From a virus (taxonomy: Duplodnaviria > Heunggongvirae > Uroviricota > Caudoviricetes): DNA of 37,206 nt. The notes beneath the pieces were generated by a model that had not been told where the DNA came from, did no database searches, and was given only the letters and a program-made list of their open reading frames with translations. A program made the translations under genes and the position numbers. Shown one piece after another: positions 22,131 to 30,806 of this stretch. The stretch is taken from the IMG/VR virus record IMGVR_UViG_2737471853_000011, positions 1 through 37,206 of that record. One strand, written 5' to 3'. Each line of letters begins with the position of its first letter. Position 1 is the first letter of the stretch.

Positions 22131-22505
22131 ATGAGTGAAAAGAAAACCGTTGCTTATCGCATTGAGGGATGCGAAAACATCAAAATGATTGGAAACAAAT
22201 CATTTGGTGCTGATGTTGGTTATGAAATTATTGATTCAGCTAATACTTTTCTTTCCAACAATATTCATTACTCAGCAGAAACAGTTCGGCTTATAAAAGA
22301 AGCAGAAATCGCCATACAAAATAACTTAAGTGAAATTAACGATAAGCTTGGTGCAGAGAAGCTACAAGAAATATACGACATTTTAAATGATATCAAGTTT
22401 AATCAGTCATCAACACCTCTACAACTGATGGAGCGATTTTACTCAGCTGGTGCAAACACATTAACTTTATGGCCTATTATTCAGAGTCTCCTAAATAGTC
22501 TTTAA
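22131..22505 (+). CDS. Hypothetical protein (124 aa), AT-rich accessory gene on opposite strand
   Basis: Clean ORF in a low-GC island between HNH and the spanin genes; no recognisable motif. Confidence 0.6.
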   Translation: MSEKKTVAYRIEGCENIKMIGNKSFGADVGYEIIDSANTFLSNNIHYSAETVRLIKEAEIAIQNNLSEINDKLGAEKLQEIYDILNDIKFNQSSTPLQLMERFYSAGANTLTLWPIIQSLLNSL

Positions 22506-22583
22506 TATTACAAATCCACTTTGGTTTGAGCATAAATTATAAAGATGTCTAGTAATAGGCATCTTCAATTTAAATTAAAATCT

Positions 22584-22832
22584 TCATCTAGCATTGTTTA
22601 TACTGCGGATAGCCTTTTTATCTCTATTGCACTGCCCTAATGCAGATAACAAACTTGCATTCAGGTCTAGGCTAGCACCATATGTCAGTGGACTAGGTAT
22701 AATTGGAATCGGTGTTTCAGAAGTTAGGGTGGTTGACAGTGGTGCTACTGGGGTGCTCACGTAAACTGTCCGCGTACTTCCGCAACCGGTCAGTAGCGGC
22801 AGCAGGCACAGGATGTGAAGCGCAATCATCAT
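22584..22832 (-). CDS. Outer-membrane spanin Rz1 (lipoprotein), overlapping the 3' end of Rz in another frame
   Basis: Signal peptide MMIALHILCLLPLLTGC with lipobox Cys, Pro-rich mature part; starts inside Rz and extends beyond it. Confidence 0.65.
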   Translation of the reverse strand: MMIALHILCLLPLLTGCGSTRTVYVSTPVAPLSTTLTSETPIPIIPSPLTYGASLDLNASLLSALGQCNRDKKAIRSINNAR

Positions 22833-23109
22833 TCGCAACAGCCACTTTGATATCTTCCTGGGTTCTCTGTGACTCCAGTGCGATTTGTTGTTTTGCATGC
22901 TGGCTAGCCTCCAGTGCTGTATTTACGATTTGTATTGATTGCAGGACGTTATTGGTAATGGCAGTTGCCGATTCAGCATTTCGTACAGCCTCATCAGCAC
23001 GCTCCTTTTCGTGCTGATATTTGCTGTAGTAATGCCCGACAGACCAGATGAAGGAACCAATGACGGTAACAAAGAAGGCAACAATAACCAGCTTATATCT
23101 CAGCTTCAT
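22717..23109 (-). CDS. Inner-membrane spanin Rz
   Basis: N-terminal membrane helix then coiled-coil; follows endolysin. Confidence 0.75.
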   Translation of the reverse strand: MKLRYKLVIVAFFVTVIGSFIWSVGHYYSKYQHEKERADEAVRNAESATAITNNVLQSIQIVNTALEASQHAKQQIALESQRTQEDIKVAVANDDCASHPVPAAATDRLRKYADSLREHPSSTTVNHPNF

Positions 23110-23569
23110 TTACTACCCCACCTGCCTCTTTAAATCGGGCAATCAGGTCGCCGATTTTATGTTCATACTGACCGTAACCTGCACCTGGTAACGACGCCCA
23201 GATATTGCTGCAACGGTCGATTGCCTGACGAATATTGCCGCGGTCAATCATCGGTAAAGCGCCACGCTCTTTAATCTGCTGCAGAGCTACAGCGTCCTGG
23301 CTTTCTGGAGAAAAATCTTTCAGGCCAAGCTGTTTACGGTAAGCATCCCACCAGCGTGAAAGAAGCTGGTAACGTCCGGCGGCTGTTGACTTGAGTTTCG
23401 GGTTTAGCGTGACAACTTTGCGAGGGTGATCGGAGTAATCAGTGAAGAGTTCACCACCGACAATAACGTCATAACCGTGGTTACGTGTCGGTTGTCGTCC
23501 GTTATCCGTTCCTTCTGACCAAGCCACCATATCAAGGAAAGCTTTACGCTGGGAATTTAGTACCTGCAT
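23093..23569 (-). CDS. Endolysin, lambda R-type lytic transglycosylase
   Basis: Near-identical to lambda R over most of its length (..QRKAFLDM.AWSEGTDNGRQ.TRNHGYDVIVGGELFTDYSDHPRK..). Confidence 0.9.
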   Translation of the reverse strand: MQVLNSQRKAFLDMVAWSEGTDNGRQPTRNHGYDVIVGGELFTDYSDHPRKVVTLNPKLKSTAAGRYQLLSRWWDAYRKQLGLKDFSPESQDAVALQQIKERGALPMIDRGNIRQAIDRCSNIWASLPGAGYGQYEHKIGDLIARFKEAGGVVNEAEI

Positions 23570-23572
23570 AAA

Positions 23573-23899
23573 TTACTCCTTAGAGCCACCAAACTTATTA
23601 CCGATTACACTCATTGCAGCCCCACGAATAGCATCGACACCGATCAACCCAACGCCACCACCAATGGCAACAGAAAGAGATTTAGGCCATCCGACATACT
23701 CAAGAGCGGATGCAAAAGTCAGCGTCAGAGCACCACAGAGCAAAATCTCGAGCGTTTTTCGTTTCCAGCCCCCACCACCGCCAAAATATGCAATGCGCAA
23801 GCCAGCCATAACAATCGACATAATCACTGCGCCCAGCGGTGTGTCTCCACGCCACCAGCTCTGGACCAAGTCCAGCCAGGTATTTGGGTTATGAGGCAT
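23573..23899 (-). CDS. Holin (putative)
   Basis: 108-aa protein with hydrophobic helices and charged C-terminus, immediately upstream of endolysin. Confidence 0.65.
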   Translation of the reverse strand: MPHNPNTWLDLVQSWWRGDTPLGAVIMSIVMAGLRIAYFGGGGGWKRKTLEILLCGALTLTFASALEYVGWPKSLSVAIGGGVGLIGVDAIRGAAMSVIGNKFGGSKE

Positions 23900-24117
23900 T
23901 TGTAGTTATCTCTCACCTCGCAATACAGGAGGTGCAAATTGAGGGAACATCATGTACCGCAAATCAGAAGCGGAAACGTAAAAGAAGTCGAGCCAATGGC
24001 TAAGTACCAGATAGACCAAGCCCAACGAATACCAAGGCCTAGAAATGACAAAACCCGCTCGACGGCGGGTTTAAGTTGTGTGGCGAAGTAACCACTCTTA
24101 ACACGATACAATAGTTT

Positions 24118-24146
24118 TTGCGTACGCGTTAGTTTTTTTTTACAAT
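24118..24146 (+). promoter_or_regulatory. sigma70-like promoter for the accessory cassette, TTGCGT-N17-TACAAT
   Basis: Hexamers 24118..24123 and 24141..24146; ATG 24175 preceded by AAGGGA. Confidence 0.4.
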
Positions 24147-24174
24147 AAGGACACACAGCGAATAAGGGAAAACT

Positions 24175-24996
24175 ATGAACTTTTCTAATACCAAAAAAAA
24201 CAATTTAACAAAGAAATGTCAAGTTAGGGCTTTTAATGTGAACCTTGACGGGAAGAGTAATTTATTTCAGCAAATATCAACAAATAATAAATTTGTACAG
24301 GGTTCCATAATCCAGTTATCAACTAACAGGCATTTAAAATTAAAAGAATTTAGCACTAAAGGTAATATCCATTACTTACATTTTTCTTTATACAATCCGA
24401 AAGAAGAAGTGTCGATTACCCCAAATAAACCTAACACTAAAGATTTGTTAGATGTTGAAAATTTTGACAATTTACATGCCTTCTTTATGGTTAAGGATAA
24501 TCAAATTGCTTCACTCCTTCAAATATCCACTAACTGGAGTGAAGTCAAAATAGCAAAAATCTTCAAATGCTATGGCATAGATATTATACCGTCAGCTATC
24601 TTAAAGAAAAATGTAATCCAAAAAGTCAAAGATGATGGTTTGCGCGCTGTACATGTGAATTTCAACGTGCATGAATCAGATTTTGTTAACAAGCCTAGTT
24701 TCTTATCTGTGTTTGTAAAAAAAGAGCCAAAATTAAAACAAACAGGAATAAGTGGCCATTTTACTATCGATGCCAGAGGAAACCCTGCCGTTGCTGCATC
24801 AATTGAAAACAATCCGACGCCTTGGATATCTGATTTAAACAGTGACTTTTACTTTGAAACTAAAAAAGGAGAGAAAATCACTAGCGATGACATGAAACTT
24901 ACAAAGATTTACTACACGTTACCATACGGCTCGCAAACAATTTCCAGCAAATATGCTCATGAAATTTTAGAGCATTTTGTCACAAATGAGTTATAA
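24175..24996 (+). CDS. Hypothetical soluble protein (273 aa), first gene of AT-rich accessory cassette
   Basis: Low-GC ORF on the opposite strand to all flanking phage genes; no recognised catalytic motif. Confidence 0.75.
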   Translation: MNFSNTKKNNLTKKCQVRAFNVNLDGKSNLFQQISTNNKFVQGSIIQLSTNRHLKLKEFSTKGNIHYLHFSLYNPKEEVSITPNKPNTKDLLDVENFDNLHAFFMVKDNQIASLLQISTNWSEVKIAKIFKCYGIDIIPSAILKKNVIQKVKDDGLRAVHVNFNVHESDFVNKPSFLSVFVKKEPKLKQTGISGHFTIDARGNPAVAASIENNPTPWISDLNSDFYFETKKGEKITSDDMKLTKIYYTLPYGSQTISSKYAHEILEHFVTNEL

Positions 24997-25020
24997 TATA
25001 CTTAAAAACGGGGAGGCCAT

Positions 25021-25503
25021 ATGTTTAAAGATTATAACTGGACGGGAATTATAATTACCACAGGAAACTTCCTAGCCTCCTTCTTTTTCTCAAAATATCT
25101 CACAAACAGCTTAACAAATAACAATGACGCATTAAATCTTGTTGCAAATGTTTTCTCAATCCTATCCGGTTTTTTATTGCTAGTTATTACTATGTCTGGT
25201 GAGAACTCCTCAATTTCGAAATCACTTAATGCATTAGACAAAGCCAACCAGAGCACTCGATTTTATATGCGCTTTGTAAAAAGCTATACTCTATTCTTGA
25301 TGTATATAATTACACTTGCATTAATATTTGTATTTTATCTTTTATCCAAGGATAAAACACATTCAGGTATTTATTTTGAATATACAAAAACCACTATTGC
25401 ATATTCAATCTCATTTTTAACATGTTTCTCATTCATACAATCAACTTTCATTCCATTGAAAATAAAGGAATTGTTTGAAGAGAAGAAAAACATGAATACT
25501 TAA
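25021..25503 (+). CDS. Hypothetical membrane protein (160 aa, four predicted transmembrane helices), second gene of cassette
   Basis: GGGGAGG RBS 7 nt upstream; four hydrophobic stretches of 19-25 residues. Confidence 0.75.
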   Translation: MFKDYNWTGIIITTGNFLASFFFSKYLTNSLTNNNDALNLVANVFSILSGFLLLVITMSGENSSISKSLNALDKANQSTRFYMRFVKSYTLFLMYIITLALIFVFYLLSKDKTHSGIYFEYTKTTIAYSISFLTCFSFIQSTFIPLKIKELFEEKKNMNT

Positions 25504-25506
25504 TTA

Positions 25507-25526
25507 GAAGCCGCTGAAGCGGCTTC
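25507..25526. terminator. Hairpin between convergent cassette and Q gene (likely bidirectional terminator)
   Basis: GAAGCCGC-TGAA-GCGGCTTC perfect 8-bp stem between stops at 25503 and 25532. Confidence 0.5.
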
Positions 25527-25531
25527 TGCAA

Positions 25532-25894
25532 TCACCAAAACAAAATTGATATACATCCCTCAACAAATCCCATTGCAGTTTGCAGTTCCTTCCTAATTGT
25601 GCCATCAGAGCATTTTCTCTTCTTCGCAATAGTGCGTAATGAGATACCGATAACAAAGTGGGCGATGATGAGCTCATATTCCTCTGGTTTATACCTTCTC
25701 AACCGAGCCACACAACTGTCTATCATGATGCCTTCGTCATCATCACACTGAATCCGTGACTTTTTGCCATGAGGTAAAAGTCCCTTGAAACCAGCCGCTA
25801 TCGGCTGCCAGTCCACTCCGCTATTGTCTGAAGCAGCCCAAGCTCCCCAACGATCCATTACTTCATACATATCACGCATCAACTTTCTCCACAA
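25532..25894 (-). CDS. Late-gene antiterminator Q-like protein
   Basis: 120-aa protein with C-terminal HTH, last gene of the nin-like block before the lysis region. Confidence 0.55.
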   Translation of the reverse strand: MWRKLMRDMYEVMDRWGAWAASDNSGVDWQPIAAGFKGLLPHGKKSRIQCDDDEGIMIDSCVARLRRYKPEEYELIIAHFVIGISLRTIAKKRKCSDGTIRKELQTAMGFVEGCISILFW

Positions 25895-25896
25895 AA

Positions 25897-26892
25897 TCAG
25901 GCCAGCACACCAATTGCCAGCGCACGATCGATAAAACGAAATATCAACTCCAGCTGGGAGCCATACTTCTCTTCAAATGCCACGGTATCCGCATGCAGCT
26001 CGTCGTGATGCTTTCTGCACAAAGGCAACACAAAGAGGTCATGCGCTTTTGTACCCATTCCACCCTGACCGTGGCCTATCAGGTGGTGGGGATCATCAGC
26101 AGGCTTTCCACAACATGCACACGGCTGTGTCTTAACCCAGCGCGTGTACTTTTCATTAACCCAGCGGCGGCGTTTTGGGCGTAACATAAAAGACTCCGGC
26201 GACTCCGGATCCACTTTCAGCGCCAGCACCTTTTTCGCCTTATCCTGGATGATGCTGGTGGCAGGAACCGAAGGCACAAGGTCACTTTCCCGGGTGACAG
26301 ACGGCACAACAGGCTTCGGTAATCTCAGTGCCTTACGGGCTGCACTTTCCGGTAAGGCATCCGCCAGGTCATTACGAATCAGCCACCAGCACAGTTCCGG
26401 CATTGTCACAACGTGACTGTCATCAAAACCGAGCTCCCGACGCACAACAGACAACACCCAGCGGGCACAGTTATCCGTTGCCATTGATTCCAGCCGTTCC
26501 GTGAACTGATCGCGCAGCTGGTTATCGCAGTGCCAGCACAGACGGATTGCGCCCGGAGCGTGTCGCATTGTTGTCATGTTCTCGCTGTGCCAGTCGGAAT
26601 GAGGCCACTGGCAGCCTTTTTCACGAAGTAACCAGCTTTCAAGACATTCCACGCCACCAGCACGACGGATCACTGCCTCATTGCGGAACACGGCCCGAAC
26701 GGCAGGATCATCCGCCAGCGGTTGTGATGCCACCGGAACGGCACCACTGGCGAAAGATGAATAATGCTCCGGCTCAGGCTCCAGCAGGACACGCCCCTGC
26801 ATAAACAGGGGCATCAGCTCTGAACCGGGCCTGAACAATACGATCCCCATACGCGGGGCAATTTCAGGGGTCAGTAGTGCTCTCACGGTCAC
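25897..26892 (-). CDS. DUF968-like phage protein
   Basis: 331-aa ORF with C-terminal Cys/His cluster (CACCGKPADDPHHL..), common in lambdoid nin regions. Confidence 0.6.
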   Translation of the reverse strand: MTVRALLTPEIAPRMGIVLFRPGSELMPLFMQGRVLLEPEPEHYSSFASGAVPVASQPLADDPAVRAVFRNEAVIRRAGGVECLESWLLREKGCQWPHSDWHSENMTTMRHAPGAIRLCWHCDNQLRDQFTERLESMATDNCARWVLSVVRRELGFDDSHVVTMPELCWWLIRNDLADALPESAARKALRLPKPVVPSVTRESDLVPSVPATSIIQDKAKKVLALKVDPESPESFMLRPKRRRWVNEKYTRWVKTQPCACCGKPADDPHHLIGHGQGGMGTKAHDLFVLPLCRKHHDELHADTVAFEEKYGSQLELIFRFIDRALAIGVLA

Positions 26893-26893
26893 C

Positions 26894-27703
26894 TCAATGA
26901 ACGGTATCGAGCAGCTTTAACAGCTCAGGGAATCGGGATTCGAAGAAATGCGGCTGCGTCTCGCGCGGATTTGCGGGACTGGTGATGTTCTTGCCGAACA
27001 TGCAGCCTTTCGCTGTCAGCGACCAGAATTTTTTGATGTTGTTAATCGCGGTACGACTGTATCGTTCGCGTTGTTCAACGATCCCCAGCTTCGCCATCTG
27101 GTGATATGCCTGATTAGCCGTCAGGCGGATACCATACTGTTTCAGCAGTGCACTCAGTGACAGTGTCGGGCGACTTGAGCCATCGTGTGCATCAGCAGGA
27201 GCATCAATGGCATAGCGCGGTGCCAGATTCGGTAAGCCAACAGCCTCCTGGAGTTTCTGACAGGCACCAAGCACAGATGAGTTAGACAGGTTTAACTCCC
27301 GACGCATAAAGTCCAGCAGAATCACACCAGCCTGCATCTTGTCAGCAGCCTGTCCGGATAATTTTTCCGGTGCGCTGGTTACCATGTCGAAAGTACGGAT
27401 CACCTTCAGATGGAATGACGGGCTGATCCACATTGCATAGGCATACACCAGTTCCTTGCAGACATAAGTTCCCCGTTCATTTCCCCCATGAATCACACTC
27501 ACCGGGTCAACACCCAAATTCTGGGTGTTGGTCAATTCATGAACAAGCTCAACAGTTTGTTGGCTGGAAAGAAACTTTCCCGGCTCCTTGGTTCTGGCAT
27601 TTGCACCAGATGCTACTGCTGCGCGATGCAGATCGTTCAGGCTGTAACGCCCATAAGCATCACGACGAACTTCAATACCATCAATGACCATCAGATTATT
27701 CAT
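26894..27703 (-). CDS. KilA-N domain protein (start set at ATG 27703 with AGGAG RBS)
   Basis: N-terminus MNNLMVIDGIEVRRDAYGRYSLNDLHRA.. is KilA-N-like. Confidence 0.65.
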   Translation of the reverse strand: MNNLMVIDGIEVRRDAYGRYSLNDLHRAAVASGANARTKEPGKFLSSQQTVELVHELTNTQNLGVDPVSVIHGGNERGTYVCKELVYAYAMWISPSFHLKVIRTFDMVTSAPEKLSGQAADKMQAGVILLDFMRRELNLSNSSVLGACQKLQEAVGLPNLAPRYAIDAPADAHDGSSRPTLSLSALLKQYGIRLTANQAYHQMAKLGIVEQRERYSRTAINNIKKFWSLTAKGCMFGKNITSPANPRETQPHFFESRFPELLKLLDTVH

Positions 27704-27722
27704 ACTTCGTTTCTCCTCTTGA

Positions 27723-28112
27723 TCAGGCGGCTGCACCCGCCGTTTTCTCGTACTTACTGATAGTGATCTCGACCTTCCCTTCCGGGATAACCGGTCCCCA
27801 CTCCACCAGCATTCTTTTCACCTGGCTGTCGTCTTCCCACACACCCGCGTGGGTCAGGGCGTCAAACAGCGCCTTGTTATAGTTGTCCAGATCGCGGATC
27901 CGGTTATCCGGAGGAAACAACACGATCTCCACTGAAGCAGGTGCCGACGTTGGTTTTGGCAGACGACGTAACTGCTCAACTATTGCTGCACACGCCGCGC
28001 TCTGGAATTTGCGCCCCGCCGCGCTTATCAGGCTCTTACCTGCAAACGCCCCTTTGTTGGGGTGTCGCCAGTACGTGTTCACGCTGGGCGGAAAAGGCAG
28101 GATCAGCTTCAT
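27723..28112 (-). CDS. rusA: Holliday junction resolvase RusA
   Basis: 129-aa protein beginning MKLILPFPPSVNTYW with conserved Asp residues. Confidence 0.85.
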   Translation of the reverse strand: MKLILPFPPSVNTYWRHPNKGAFAGKSLISAAGRKFQSAACAAIVEQLRRLPKPTSAPASVEIVLFPPDNRIRDLDNYNKALFDALTHAGVWEDDSQVKRMLVEWGPVIPEGKVEITISKYEKTAGAAA

Positions 28113-28435
28113 ACTTTCAGGCCCCTCTCATGTAACCAGTGGGTTGCACGCAGCCTTGCGTTTTCCTCACCGGCAAGCAGTGCGCGGATAATCCCGACCG
28201 CCTCGCTGTCGTCGTCCTTCACCGCGGTATGAAGCGTTATCCCCCGGGCCACGCCACGCTTTATCGTGATGACGCCTTTTTTCTCCAGTGCGCGAAGATG
28301 CTCTACCGCTGCATTCACTGAACGGTATCCCAGCATGGTTGCCACCTCCTGATTGGTTGGCGGAAAGCCACGCTCTTTCTGATAAGAAATCAGCATATCC
28401 AGCACCTGCTGCTGGCATTGAGTTAACGTCGTCAT
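28109..28435 (-). CDS. LexA-like N-terminal DNA-binding domain protein lacking the peptidase domain
   Basis: ..LTQCQQQVLDMLISYQKERGFPPTNQEVATMLGYRSVNAAVEHLRALEKKGVI.. parallels the LexA winged-helix domain; no Ser/Lys protease half; start overlaps upstream stop. Confidence 0.6.
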   Translation of the reverse strand: MTTLTQCQQQVLDMLISYQKERGFPPTNQEVATMLGYRSVNAAVEHLRALEKKGVITIKRGVARGITLHTAVKDDDSEAVGIIRALLAGEENARLRATHWLHERGLKV

Positions 28436-28929
28436 TACGCCCCCACGTAATTCCCTGACAGATACCACTCATCACTCGATACAGCGCGCTTGCTGCTTTT
28501 CCGTAAACACTGCTCACGACGCGCCAGAAAATTGTTTCGTTCTGGCTGGGAGTGGCTTTCACGGAATGCCGCCATCCACACCGTTGCAGCACGACGGTAT
28601 AAGCCCCTGGACTCCAGTTCTTCAGCCTGGCGGGTCAGGCACAAAATCTCCCGCGGGTCGTTAGTGCCGACATAGAAATTGCGCACAGGTCTGGTTTCAC
28701 GAACTGGTTGCGGTTCCGCCTCCTGCGCTCTCTCAGTCAGGCGCGGGAAATGTCTGCGTGTATCCCCTTCACAACGGTGAGCCACACGCCCACTCTGACG
28801 TAACTTGCTTGCTGACTGCAGAACGCGCTGCCGTGAGTAACCTGCAAAAGCATCCGCAATGTCTCCGGAAGTACACCCCGGATGGGCTTCAATGTATTTC
28901 TGAACTTCATTCAAAAGACTCATGATCAC
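28435..28929 (-). CDS. Hypothetical protein (164 aa), downstream of replication initiator
   Basis: ORF translationally coupled to neighbours; function unknown. Confidence 0.5.
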   Translation of the reverse strand: MIMSLLNEVQKYIEAHPGCTSGDIADAFAGYSRQRVLQSASKLRQSGRVAHRCEGDTRRHFPRLTERAQEAEPQPVRETRPVRNFYVGTNDPREILCLTRQAEELESRGLYRRAATVWMAAFRESHSQPERNNFLARREQCLRKSSKRAVSSDEWYLSGNYVGA

Positions 28930-29867
28930 CCCCTGAATCCTGCCGGGATCTGGCTGTAGTCCACGTTGTCGTAACTGGCTTTGAAGTACGGGTCTTCGCG
29001 TTTTTCTGTGTACGTGCTGACGGACGGCGATAAGCGCAGGGAAAGCTCATCCCATTTTTCCCGCAGCTTCGACGGGCTGAGCACGTTACGGCACCAGAAC
29101 GGATCGCGGCTGACGCGGCTGTACATCTCGCAGATTTGTTTGTGAGTACGACCATCCTGCACACACATCAGGCGAATTTCGTTTGCCCAGGCTGTCCAGT
29201 TCGGTTCTTTGGGACGAACCACCTCGCCGTCACATTCGGCGGCCTGCTCGTACAGGGCGATGATTTTTTTCCAGAGCCACTGTGCGCAGGTCAAATCATC
29301 CTGCGTTCCCCACTGGCGCTTTTTAGGGCTGAATACAACCGCATCAGGATGGCGAGTTAAAAACTCCTGTTCAGCCGTCTGCGTGTCCGGTTGCGAAGCG
29401 TCCGGACGAGAAGTTTTTTTATCTGACGGATCATGTTTTGATTTTACTGACGGATCCCCGCCAGATTCTGACGGGTGAAAACCCGCTTTTTTGCCAGATT
29501 TCGACGCATCAAATTTTGACGGGTCAGATTTTGATGCGTCAGATTTTGACGGGTCAGAATCTGACAATTGAGAAAATGCCGCTGCCTGAAGCTTCGCAAC
29601 GTTAAGCTGATAAACATTCGACGCATTGCGGTTACCCTGGCGACGCGCCTTACGCGTTAACCAGCCTTCTGCTTCCAGCCGTGCGATAGCCGTTCTGACG
29701 GTACTCATCCCCGCGCCAATCTGACGGGCAATGGTTTCAATTGATGGCCAGCACACACCTTCGTCATTACTGAAATCAGCCAGGCGGGCCATAATTGCCA
29801 CGCTGGATAATTTCATGCCTGACGCAGCGCAACCATCCCATACATAGCCGGTTAATTTAGTGCTCAT
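28926..29867 (-). CDS. Replication initiation protein (O-like) with internal iteron-encoded repeat
   Basis: N-terminal HTH; central SDPSK/SDASK repeats encoded by tandem 15-bp DNA repeats. Confidence 0.6.
   Translation of the reverse strand: MSTKLTGYVWDGCAASGMKLSSVAIMARLADFSNDEGVCWPSIETIARQIGAGMSTVRTAIARLEAEGWLTRKARRQGNRNASNVYQLNVAKLQAAAFSQLSDSDPSKSDASKSDPSKFDASKSGKKAGFHPSESGGDPSVKSKHDPSDKKTSRPDASQPDTQTAEQEFLTRHPDAVVFSPKKRQWGTQDDLTCAQWLWKKIIALYEQAAECDGEVVRPKEPNWTAWANEIRLMCVQDGRTHKQICEMYSRVSRDPFWCRNVLSPSKLREKWDELSLRLSPSVSTYTEKREDPYFKASYDNVDYSQIPAGFRG
29419..29570. repeat. Iteron array (candidate origin of replication) inside the initiator gene
   Basis: At least five good copies of AGATTTTGACGGGTC-like 15-mer (29463..29477, 29496..29555) plus degenerate copies. 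Confidence 0.6.
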
Positions 29868-29876
29868 GACCGACCT

Positions 29877-30215
29877 CTATTTCCCTGAATTTACGACGAA
29901 ACTGTTCGAGCGGACTGAAGCATTCATGCTCATAGCCTTCGCGGAGGTAGATAACCCGTTGTGTTTCCGGCTCCCAACGAATGACTCTGACGGGTACTCC
30001 GTAGTGATCTTTGAACCAGCGGTTAACTTGTCGCAAAGGACTGTCTCCTTTTGCCGGTTAAAATCACCCACAGCCCACTCTGCAAAGCTGTGGGTTACAA
30101 TTACCCTGCCACCTGGTACATTTACTGCATAGCAATACTCCACCTTCGCTTTTCCACCCGGTACAGGAAGCGCAATCAGTTGCGAGCGACGGTAGTGTGT
30201 TGTTAAACTGTTCAT
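29877..30215 (-). CDS. Hypothetical protein (112 aa)
   Basis: ORF in early-right operon. Confidence 0.45.
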   Translation of the reverse strand: MNSLTTHYRRSQLIALPVPGGKAKVEYCYAVNVPGGRVIVTHSFAEWAVGDFNRQKETVLCDKLTAGSKITTEYPSESFVGSRKHNGLSTSAKAMSMNASVRSNSFVVNSGK

Positions 30216-30775
30216 GCGTTAGTTTCTCCACAGTCACGACACGCCACGGCGCCCGGAGCTGCACACTCGCGGGCGTCATTACTTTCTGAAATGCAAAAAA
30301 TTTTGTAGACCAGTGCTGCATGCTCCTGCAGCTTCGAAATTGAGAGGTACAGCTCGTCGTTAATTGCTGTCTTCTCATGCGGTTCCACTACACCGTCTTC
30401 AATTGCTGAACGAATCTGTTTTGAATAACTGCCGATCTGTTCAATGACCTCCAGCAGGCGTTGGTTGATATCGGCGTTGTCCACATCCTCGACATCAGGA
30501 AGAGACACAAAGACGCCATTTGCAGACTGCGCCACAGCGTCAGCAATGAAGTGAGTTCCACCAGCACGTTGCAAAATCATTGCCCATCCCAGCGGGAAAA
30601 TCTGATCGCCATCGGCACGAAGGCGGTTAAATAATGCGTTCTCTGTTACATCCAGCCAGTCAGCTGCTTCAGCGTAACCACCCGGCAACTTTGCGATAGT
30701 TTTTCTGACAGCTTTCACGTACCACTCAGGCTGTTTTTCTACTTTCCAGTGATGCTTACCCACGGTTAGCCTCAT
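30212..30775 (-). CDS. Early regulatory protein (CII-like?)
   Basis: 187-aa ORF directly downstream of cro-like gene; family uncertain. Confidence 0.4.
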   Translation of the reverse strand: MRLTVGKHHWKVEKQPEWYVKAVRKTIAKLPGGYAEAADWLDVTENALFNRLRADGDQIFPLGWAMILQRAGGTHFIADAVAQSANGVFVSLPDVEDVDNADINQRLLEVIEQIGSYSKQIRSAIEDGVVEPHEKTAINDELYLSISKLQEHAALVYKIFCISESNDARECAAPGAVACRDCGETNA

Positions 30776-30806
30776 CGTTCTGTGGTTAAAAATTGAAAGT
30801 GTTCTG

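Noticed and set aside
23950-24156. 68-aa minus-strand ORF between the cassette and the holin
   Set aside because: Starts with GTG, has no RBS, and overlaps the predicted promoter of the accessory cassette; more likely non-coding promoter region
23900-25531. Shiga toxin or tRNA genes in the Q-to-lysis interval
   Set aside because: No tRNA-like sequence or A/B-toxin-like ORFs; the interval holds the unrelated two-gene cassette instead
29419-29570. Possible CRISPR-like array
   Set aside because: Repeats are 15 bp, contiguous with no spacers, and in frame inside a coding sequence; interpreted as ori iterons. No CRISPR array elsewhere in the window
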